From the IMG/VR virus record IMGVR_UViG_3300017912_003848, positions 1 through 36,446 of that record: 36,446 nt of DNA, one strand, 5' to 3'. The DNA is from a virus. Its lineage: Duplodnaviria; Caudoviricetes. The notes under the pieces are model-generated. The model did no database searches and was not told the DNA's origin. It saw only the letters and a program-made list of their open reading frames with translations. A program made the position numbers and the translations under genes. Of this stretch, positions 29,589 to 36,446 are shown piece by piece. The first letter of the stretch is position 1, and each line of letters starts with the position of its first letter.

Positions 29589-30620
29589 ATGAAAGCTTTT
29601 AATTTTCAAGAAGATGTAGTATCAACTGAGATAACAGTAACCGATGGTTTTGCTGATGGTGGAGTTGGAATTTTAAATGGTACTAGTTTTACCACCGCTT
29701 CTTTATCAACTGCACAAGAAAAATATTATTACAACTTACAATATAATTCCAAAGATCATTTATCCATAGCATATGGTCACAAAGCTGGTAGTGGTAGTAT
29801 GAACCAATCTTTAACTCAAGAGGGTGAGACTAAAGCTGTATATGGACAATTTTATAGTTTATTAGAAACAGATAGAAATGAATTAAAGAAAAATACAGGA
29901 TTTATTATCAATGAAGTAACACAATCAGATGCTTACTTTATTGTAGCTGAGAGATTACAGATGAAAGATAGATTAAATCCTGGTACTTTTACTTTAAGTT
30001 TATCAGGATCACTTTCTGATGGTGGGGCATCAACATTACATCTTACCGACAATAGTAAAACATCTGATGCAACTGCAGCTCCCTTTGGTGAAAAATATGA
30101 CATCGTATCAGGTTCAGCTGGAGTTCAAGTCGGTTCAACTAAGTATGGTTTCTTTTATCCTGATGCTGGTATATTTGTCTTAGGTGCTAATGAAGTTTCT
30201 GCAAGTTTACCTGGAACTCCAGCTTATAAAACTGAAACTAATGTTGTTCCGGCAACCTTTCAAGGTAATGGTTTATGTCCTGATCATAGAGTTGTTGATG
30301 GTGCGGATAATGCTCATAAACTTGTTACTGCTATCTCCAAAGGATCTGTAACATTGAGATCAGAGGAAAAACAATTTATCTATGATTATTTCTGTAGAGC
30401 TAAAGCTAACGAGTTTAACTATTCACAAAATCTAACATTTTGGAGTGGTTCACAATATGATATTCGTCATACTGATATGATTAATAATCCACAAGTTTAT
30501 ATAACAGAAGTTGGTCTTTACGATGAAGCTGGAGATTTAATGGCTATTGGTAGATTAAGTTCTGCCTTAGAGAAAAACTTTAGTTCAGAAGCAATCGTTA
30601 AAGTAAGACTAACATACTAG
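29589..30620 (+). CDS. putative virion/baseplate protein
   Basis: C-terminal YITEVGLYDEAGDLMAIG; paralog of the next gene. Confidence 0.65.
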   Translation: MKAFNFQEDVVSTEITVTDGFADGGVGILNGTSFTTASLSTAQEKYYYNLQYNSKDHLSIAYGHKAGSGSMNQSLTQEGETKAVYGQFYSLLETDRNELKKNTGFIINEVTQSDAYFIVAERLQMKDRLNPGTFTLSLSGSLSDGGASTLHLTDNSKTSDATAAPFGEKYDIVSGSAGVQVGSTKYGFFYPDAGIFVLGANEVSASLPGTPAYKTETNVVPATFQGNGLCPDHRVVDGADNAHKLVTAISKGSVTLRSEEKQFIYDYFCRAKANEFNYSQNLTFWSGSQYDIRHTDMINNPQVYITEVGLYDEAGDLMAIGRLSSALEKNFSSEAIVKVRLTY

Positions 30621-30629
30621 TGTCATGGG

Positions 30630-31463
30630 ATGTTTAAACAATTTACTGAGGATAATGTAAATCTATACGATTTTGTATCAAACAAAAACTATATAAAAAA
30701 CCAATCTTCTGTTACTCGATATGCCTTTATATCAGGCTCATCAGACGAAACCTTATCACGAAACTATAATTTTGCCAGAATAAATTTATATCTAAGTGGT
30801 TCTGATTATACTGTAAATAACAAAAAATACAACACATATCCAACTGCTGGTAATCGTTTAAATCAAGATAATATGTTCTTTGATAAATTTTACACAAGTG
30901 GTTCAGTTATATCCATACCACAAAATGAATTTGGAGATAAAATACAACCAGGTAGTTTCACATTAACTGATAGTTCAACAGCAACCACTATTAAAATAGT
31001 TGATGATCTAAATGGTAATTTGTATGCTCCAAGTGCTCCATCCTCATCAAATCCAAACCTATCACTATCATCATCGGCAAACTATGTAGGAAATATATTT
31101 TATGAATTAGGTGTTTTTACCATAGTGGAAACAGGATCATACGATGGAACAAATAATTATTCAGATGTGACCAGTGGAAATTATACATTAAATTATAAAG
31201 GAGTTCATGGAATAACTACTTATGAATATGTCTGTACTGCTCTACCTAATGAATTAAATCAAACACAAAATATTACAATTTTTAAACCTAATGGTGCTGG
31301 TAGTTTAAAAGATCATTTAACAGGTAGTGCTTTTCCAACTTATATAACAGAAGTTGGGTTATTTGATGATAATGAAGATTTAATAGGTATAGCTAAAATA
31401 TCAAAACCAATTCCAAAATCAAGAAAGATTCCGATGAGATTTTATGTTAGAATGGACTATTGA
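30630..31463 (+). CDS. putative virion/baseplate protein, paralog
   Basis: DKIQPGSFTL versus DRLNPGTFTL; YITEVGLFDDNEDLIGIAK. Confidence 0.65.
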   Translation: MFKQFTEDNVNLYDFVSNKNYIKNQSSVTRYAFISGSSDETLSRNYNFARINLYLSGSDYTVNNKKYNTYPTAGNRLNQDNMFFDKFYTSGSVISIPQNEFGDKIQPGSFTLTDSSTATTIKIVDDLNGNLYAPSAPSSSNPNLSLSSSANYVGNIFYELGVFTIVETGSYDGTNNYSDVTSGNYTLNYKGVHGITTYEYVCTALPNELNQTQNITIFKPNGAGSLKDHLTGSAFPTYITEVGLFDDNEDLIGIAKISKPIPKSRKIPMRFYVRMDY

Positions 31464-31474
31464 TATATTTATTA
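31464..31474 (+). promoter_or_regulatory. candidate late promoter TATATTTATTA
   Basis: Same motif as 28874 and 5181; heads the envelope cassette. Confidence 0.5.
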
Positions 31475-31502
31475 GTGTATAAAACTTTTTAGGAGAAAAC
31501 AG

Positions 31503-32795
31503 ATGTTAAAGAAAATCATGATAGGCTTAATAATGGTCTCATCTTTGTTTGCTGAAAATGAAATACTAAAGTTTTTAAAGTATTCTACAGCATATGCTAG
31601 TTTCAGTTTAAATGCTCCACGATATCAAGATGACAGATTTGCTATTGTTGGTGGGTTATCCACAGGTGCTTTAGAAGTTAAAAGAACCGAAATGGAATTA
31701 GAACCTGATTTTCAAACATCTTTTGGATTAAGAAAAGTAGGTAGGTTTCAGTATGAACCCAAGAGAGGTGTAAAGTCTGCTGGTAAAGGTGGAACTTGGT
31801 ATGATGGTTCAGAACAAAATGCTAATGAAAGTGCTACATTTGGTCCAGTGAAAGGTTGGGAATACCTGATCAAATGGTCAGAAGGTAGACAGTGGGGTAA
31901 TGAATATGTCAATCAAGAATATTGGGTAAGATATATTGGTGAATGGGCGATGGCTAAAATAGGTTTGACTGAATTAGGATTGGAAGACATTAGTTATGTT
32001 CATGGTGATATAAGATTACATCTAACACCTGAAGCACTGAATGAAAAGTTTCACATATCTGTTGGTGCTAAACACAGACAACATCCTGTATATGGATTTG
32101 ATGCCATGGTATTGGATACAACTTGGTACAGAGGTCAATGGTGGGCGTTTGCTGAAGATGCTTTTGGTATTGATGATAATATGTGGTTTGATCCTACAAT
32201 GCAAGATGAGAACGGAGATTGGATACATCAAGAGTTATACGAATATGATGTAGAGACAGGTGAGCTTGTACCAATAGAAGGTGATGGTCCTTTTTGGAAT
32301 GAAGGTGGTGAGTATTGGGGACACGATTGGTTGTGGAGAGATGCTAATGGTAGGATATTTGCCTATACAGATAGAGAGTATTTTATCTATCATTTTCCAG
32401 GTATGTTAGAAAATTATATTGGTGGTGTGAAGAAAGACTTGGGATATCAAAGTGAAACATCTTTGGTCTTAGGTGTTGATTTCTACCACTATGATGAAAA
32501 TTGGTGGATACATGCTTGGGGTAATTGGATGCCGATACACTATGGACATTCTAAACATGCATATCATAATGCTGCTCATTACCAAGAACATTTGGAAAAA
32601 GGAATGCCTGCTCACAAGTTTATGTATATGAAATCAATGTGGCATGATTGGAATGATTACGATATGGGAGCAATATTTGGAGTAAAACTAAAAGATAATC
32701 TTGGAACATTTGCTGAAGGACGATATCTGTATTATTGGGAAAGACCAGCATATGATATCAAGTTAGGAATTAATTATCAATTTATGGGGTGGTAA
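31503..32795 (+). CDS. secreted protein, putative outer-membrane beta-barrel
   Basis: Sec signal MLKKIMIGLIMVSSLFA; W/Y-rich alternating strands; C-terminal DIKLGINYQF resembles a beta-signal. Confidence 0.6.
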   Translation: MLKKIMIGLIMVSSLFAENEILKFLKYSTAYASFSLNAPRYQDDRFAIVGGLSTGALEVKRTEMELEPDFQTSFGLRKVGRFQYEPKRGVKSAGKGGTWYDGSEQNANESATFGPVKGWEYLIKWSEGRQWGNEYVNQEYWVRYIGEWAMAKIGLTELGLEDISYVHGDIRLHLTPEALNEKFHISVGAKHRQHPVYGFDAMVLDTTWYRGQWWAFAEDAFGIDDNMWFDPTMQDENGDWIHQELYEYDVETGELVPIEGDGPFWNEGGEYWGHDWLWRDANGRIFAYTDREYFIYHFPGMLENYIGGVKKDLGYQSETSLVLGVDFYHYDENWWIHAWGNWMPIHYGHSKHAYHNAAHYQEHLEKGMPAHKFMYMKSMWHDWNDYDMGAIFGVKLKDNLGTFAEGRYLYYWERPAYDIKLGINYQFMGW

Positions 32796-32820
32796 AATGA
32801 AACACGAGGAAATATACAAT

Positions 32821-33399
32821 ATGATAAGAATGATTTACGGTTCACTTCTAATGGTAGGTATGTTTGCAATACCAAGTTGTGAAGATGATAGAGTGGAAGA
32901 AGAAGTGGTGTTAGAACCAAATATGCAAATGTGGGTAAATGGTGATCCAATAGATCCGTATACTTATTATGGTTCAATAACAACTTTTGGAAAGAAAGAA
33001 CTTGGTGAGGATGGTAAGATAAAGAAACTATTGGTTTTTCACTTTCAAAGAGAAGTCGGTAGAGTTTTACCAACATTAGAACATTATGCTACCATATGGT
33101 ATGATGAAGATGGTGAAGATAATAACAACCTAATTGATTCTGGTATGTATTTGAACTATGGTGCAGAGGATACTTTAGAAAACAGAGAACAAACAATCAA
33201 TTTGGAAATTATCGGTAGTCAAGATTATACAAATTTTGGTCAAGCTGAAATAACAAAAGTTGAAGATAACAAAGTTTCAGGTATAGTAAATGGTCAGTTC
33301 TACAATCCATACAGAGATGAATTACAAATAGCATTATTGGTATTTGATAACATAGAAATCGGAATGGATCCTGAAGGAACATTCTACGATGATGAGTAA
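32821..33399 (+). CDS. putative lipoprotein
   Basis: MIRMIYGSLLMVGMFAIPS-C-EDD lipobox-like; GAGGA precedes ATG 32821 (ORF track start 32797). Confidence 0.65.
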   Translation: MIRMIYGSLLMVGMFAIPSCEDDRVEEEVVLEPNMQMWVNGDPIDPYTYYGSITTFGKKELGEDGKIKKLLVFHFQREVGRVLPTLEHYATIWYDEDGEDNNNLIDSGMYLNYGAEDTLENREQTINLEIIGSQDYTNFGQAEITKVEDNKVSGIVNGQFYNPYRDELQIALLVFDNIEIGMDPEGTFYDDE

Positions 33400-33405
33400 T
33401 AAAAA

Positions 33406-34053
33406 ATGAGCGATGGAATCAAATTAGGACAATTGTTATGTGATGCAGATATCATTACAAAAAGACAATTAAGTAAAGCCCTAGCAGAACAAGTCAAAGG
33501 TCGTAAAGGGACTATTGGTGAAATTCTTGTTGAGATGGGTTTTTGTTCTTTTGATGATATTACAGACGCTTTGATGAACTCATCAACTGATACAGAAAAA
33601 CATGAAGATAAACATGAAGAAATTCATCAAGAACCAATAGTAAAGGAAGAACCAAAACCAGCGCCTGTTGTTGAGCAACCAAAGAAAAAAGAACCGGTTG
33701 AATTATCAGAGGATAAGGTTTTAGATACAAAATTTACATTATCTATACAAACAATGATAGCAGCTGGAACAGGTTTAGCCTCATTGATTGGTATGTGGTA
33801 TACATTACAAGGGGAGATTGAAGAAGCAAAAGAATTACCAAAAATTGATATAGAGTCAATTTTTACGGATGAATATCCATCCAAACCCGATGGTCACAAC
33901 TGGCCACGGTCATATGAACAATACAAAAACCAAGTCGGAGGTCTGCAGGAAGATATGGATGCTGTATATGATTTATTAGATGAATATGAAGAAACTATAA
34001 AAGAATTACAAAAAGATATCAAAGACCTTGAAAGACGAAAGAAGGACAAGTAG
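33406..34053 (+). CDS. MshEN-like domain + TM helix + coiled-coil protein
   Basis: KLGQLLCDADIITKRQLSKALAEQ then TIGEILVEMGFCSFDDITDAL match tandem RLGxxLxxxGxxxxxxLxxxLxxQ motifs; TM TMIAAGTGLASLIGMWYTL. Confidence 0.8.
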   Translation: MSDGIKLGQLLCDADIITKRQLSKALAEQVKGRKGTIGEILVEMGFCSFDDITDALMNSSTDTEKHEDKHEEIHQEPIVKEEPKPAPVVEQPKKKEPVELSEDKVLDTKFTLSIQTMIAAGTGLASLIGMWYTLQGEIEEAKELPKIDIESIFTDEYPSKPDGHNWPRSYEQYKNQVGGLQEDMDAVYDLLDEYEETIKELQKDIKDLERRKKDK

Positions 34054-34062
34054 GAGTTTGTT

Positions 34063-34437
34063 ATGAGATATATACTAGGGCTAATATTATTTCTATCTGT
34101 TACATATGGACAGGTAAACGATAAAAACTTCAAAGAAAAAGTAAATGGTGGTGTCACTGTTGCAGTTTTTACTTCGGAGTGGCAAGAACAAGAATTAGAT
34201 AAGAAAATACTTAAAGGAGTGGGTGGTTATCAAGATGCTGAAATACTCTATGTAAAAAGCGAGGATGCTCCAAAGGTTGTAAAAAAGTTAAGATTTAGAA
34301 ACTTTCCATCGATTGCCCTATTCTTTGATGGAAGTAAAAAAGAAACTTGGAAAGCCGATATGGATGGGGAAGTAGATTGTTCCTCAAAAGAAATAAGAAA
34401 CGCTATTGATGATATGTTGGCAGAAGATGTATTCTAA
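34063..34437 (+). CDS. secreted thioredoxin-fold protein lacking CxxC
   Basis: Signal peptide; VNDKNFKEKV...VAVFTSEW...LRFRNFPSIALFFDG follows the Trx pattern, but WQEQ replaces WCxxC. Confidence 0.7.
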   Translation: MRYILGLILFLSVTYGQVNDKNFKEKVNGGVTVAVFTSEWQEQELDKKILKGVGGYQDAEILYVKSEDAPKVVKKLRFRNFPSIALFFDGSKKETWKADMDGEVDCSSKEIRNAIDDMLAEDVF

Positions 34438-35081
34438 TGAATATAGCACTTATAGCTGGTCACTTAGCATTTGGGCTAATAGCCTTTTCTTTTCTGGTCA
34501 AGGACATCTTATGGTTACGAGTTGTATCTATACTGGCGAGTCTCTTCTCAGTATTTTATAATTACTTCATACCAGTCGAACCCATGTGGTTGGCTATCAA
34601 TTGGAACATTGTCTTTGTTCTTGTAAATCTCTATCATATCGCCGTTATCATATATGAAAAACGACCAATCAAAATGGCACCAAAAGATAAAGAGTTGTAT
34701 GAAACCCTATTCAAAGAATTAAGTCCTGTAGAGTATCTAAAGATAACAAAGATAGCAGAATGGAAAAAGTTTAAACCTGGTGAAACTTTAATCAGAGAAT
34801 CACATATGGTTACTGATTTGATTTTGATATATAATGGAACTGTTGATGTCAATGTAAAAGGTGAAAAAGTTGCTGAACTAAAAGATGGACAGTTTGTAGG
34901 TGAGATGTCATTTCTTACAGAAAAGTCAGCAACTGCTGATTGTGTGGTGAAACACGATACAGAATGTTTGATGTGGAAACAACCTGAGTTTAAAGATTTG
35001 TTGAAACGAAATCCATCTTTGTATTATACAATTCAAGGATTACTTAGTAACCAATTGGTAAGTTACAGTAACAAAAATTAA
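34437..35081 (+). CDS. Popeye-type membrane protein with cyclic-nucleotide-binding domain
   Basis: Three TM helices with DILWLR and WNIVFVLVN, then ELYETLF, then the cNMP fold GETLIRE..LILIYNGTVDV..GQFVGEMSFL. Confidence 0.85.
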   Translation: MNIALIAGHLAFGLIAFSFLVKDILWLRVVSILASLFSVFYNYFIPVEPMWLAINWNIVFVLVNLYHIAVIIYEKRPIKMAPKDKELYETLFKELSPVEYLKITKIAEWKKFKPGETLIRESHMVTDLILIYNGTVDVNVKGEKVAELKDGQFVGEMSFLTEKSATADCVVKHDTECLMWKQPEFKDLLKRNPSLYYTIQGLLSNQLVSYSNKN

Positions 35082-35144
35082 CAACTTGTTACAATATCGT
35101 ATATTTCTGTTACAAAAAACACCTAAAAACACCCTAAAAAAAGT

Positions 35145-35161
35145 TTGGTACAGTTCTTGTA
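35145..35161 (+). promoter_or_regulatory. putative sigma54 -24/-12 promoter for the pilin genes
   Basis: TTGGTACAGTTCTTGTA versus consensus YTGGCACGRNNNTTGCW; GG-N10-GT spacing is correct. Confidence 0.55.
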
Positions 35162-35195
35162 TAATATAGGTAAATAACTAAATAGGAGAACTGAA

Positions 35196-35822
35196 ATGTT
35201 CAAATCAATAATACGATATCTAAAGAGCACAAAAGGTAACTCACTTGCTGAATTTGCTGTAACAACTGCGATGATGGCAACACTTGCTACCACTGCTGCA
35301 CCTAAGTTTTCAGGTGTTGGAGAAGGTGCTAAAGAAAAGAAAACGATGGCTGATATTGACAAAATTGTCAAATCTGCTAACAATTTCTATAACTCTAAAG
35401 TAACAACTGAAGGTCGTGGAAGATTTCCAGGTCAAACTAAGTATGATGCTGCTGTTGGTGGATATGCTTCTGATTCTTTGTTAATTGCTGGTGTGGCTAA
35501 TTTCACATCTTACGATGATGAAGAAGGATCAAAGTGGGCTTCTGTATTTGGTACAACTACTAATGGTGCAACTGCTCCAACTGGTCATAACATCTCTATT
35601 GCAGAAGATGATGACAAAGATGGTTCATTTGATGTTTACTCAGGCGCTGAAGAATTCTTAAACGAATTTGGTGGTAACCCAATCAAGACTCCTTTTCAGG
35701 ATGGTCATTACATCTATGCGGTAATCGCTGGTGGTGGAAGTGGTTCGGGTTCTTATGCTCCAATTCTTTATGTTGCTGACTTGGAAAACCCAAGTAACTT
35801 TAACAAGAAACTACAACCATAG
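35196..35822 (+). CDS. type IV pilin-like protein, atypical cleavage site
   Basis: Basic leader ending KG|NSLAEF with E5 and P22 conserved; AGGAG SD. Confidence 0.75.
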   Translation: MFKSIIRYLKSTKGNSLAEFAVTTAMMATLATTAAPKFSGVGEGAKEKKTMADIDKIVKSANNFYNSKVTTEGRGRFPGQTKYDAAVGGYASDSLLIAGVANFTSYDDEEGSKWASVFGTTTNGATAPTGHNISIAEDDDKDGSFDVYSGAEEFLNEFGGNPIKTPFQDGHYIYAVIAGGGSGSGSYAPILYVADLENPSNFNKKLQP

Positions 35823-35832
35823 GAGAACTAAA

Positions 35833-36258
35833 ATGTTGAACCAGAAAGGATTTACATTAATCGAATTAATCATGGTTACAATTATTTTAGGTATCTTAGC
35901 TGCTGTTGCCATACCGAGATATATGACAACAGTTACAAAAGCCCATGAGGCTGCTGAAGATGCGGTAATTAACTCTATAAAAGCTGGTTTAGAAACTTAT
36001 GCTGTCGAACAACTAATGGACAATGGTAGGAAATCATGGCCTACAAATCCATTCGATGCTCTAGATACTAAACCTGCTGGACACACTACAGACACAGATG
36101 ATGCTGATGTTGATGGAGAGTGGACATACAATACCACTAGTAAGAAAATCACACATCAAAGAAGTGACAACACTCGTGTGTCTTGGCAATACGATGAGGG
36201 AACACAAACAGGCGATAATGCTGCTGTGGGAACTTTGGGATCAAGAGCTAGTCTATAG
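35833..36258 (+). CDS. type IV pilin (prepilin cleavage/methylation motif)
   Basis: MLNQKG|FTLIELIMVTIILGILAAVAIPRY with F1, E5, G14, P22; AGGAG SD before ATG 35833. Confidence 0.93.
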   Translation: MLNQKGFTLIELIMVTIILGILAAVAIPRYMTTVTKAHEAAEDAVINSIKAGLETYAVEQLMDNGRKSWPTNPFDALDTKPAGHTTDTDDADVDGEWTYNTTSKKITHQRSDNTRVSWQYDEGTQTGDNAAVGTLGSRASL

Positions 36259-36267
36259 GAGTTGATT

Positions 36268-36446
36268 ATGAAAAACTCTAACGGATTTACTCTGATAGAG
36301 TTGGTTGTAACCATCGCTTTAGTGGGGATATTGCTGGGAACGGCTATCCCCACTTTTCATAGGGTGGTTGCTGAAACTCAATTCCAAGTAAACATATCAA
36401 ACATGGAAATAATAAAAGATACATTTTTACAATATTATTATGACAA
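36268..36446 (+). CDS. type IV pilin, 3'-truncated by window end (not in ORF track)
   Basis: MKNSNG|FTLIELVVTIALVGILLGTAIPTF; AGGAG SD. Confidence 0.92.
   Translation, partial: MKNSNGFTLIELVVTIALVGILLGTAIPTFHRVVAETQFQVNISNMEIIKDTFLQYYYD

Noticed and set aside
33406-34053. PilB/GspE ATPase
   Set aside because: Only the N-terminal MshEN-like part is present; no Walker motifs.
34063-34437. Active thioredoxin as an auxiliary metabolic gene
   Set aside because: No CxxC motif, and it carries a signal peptide.
35731-35832. N-terminal extension of the second pilin
   Set aside because: Overlaps the upstream gene; the SD and short leader support ATG 35833.
285-36353. All minus-strand ORFs and short out-of-frame plus ORFs (1769, 25087, 27976, 32041)
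   Set aside because: They lie over well-supported plus-strand genes and have no motifs; shadow ORFs.
1-36446. Stop-codon reassignment
   Set aside because: Long ORFs are intact in the standard code, and TAG/TGA stops are followed directly by new starts.

Overview
AT-rich segment of a large tailed-phage genome (myovirus-like, distantly T4-related). All credible genes are on the + strand, many joined by TAATG stop/start overlaps. Order: 3' end of a tmRNA and an HNH nuclease (1-662); small early genes under five related sigma70-type promoters (~720-3850); a T4 gp55-like sigma factor (~4447-5166); a ~26 kb baseplate/tail module (spike-like, gp25, gp6-like wedge, large LamG/PKD-like proteins; 5205-31463); and an accessory cell-envelope cassette (31503-end). 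The cassette encodes a putative outer-membrane protein, a lipoprotein, an MshEN-like (c-di-GMP) membrane protein, a secreted CxxC-less thioredoxin fold, a Popeye-type cNMP-binding membrane protein and at least three tandem type IV pilins behind a sigma54-like promoter. It is the best candidate for an undescribed system: phage control of host pili, possibly linked to second messengers. Also notable are cupredoxin-like and HiPIP-like metal motifs in nearby structural-module genes. All calls come from motif recognition by eye; no searches were run.
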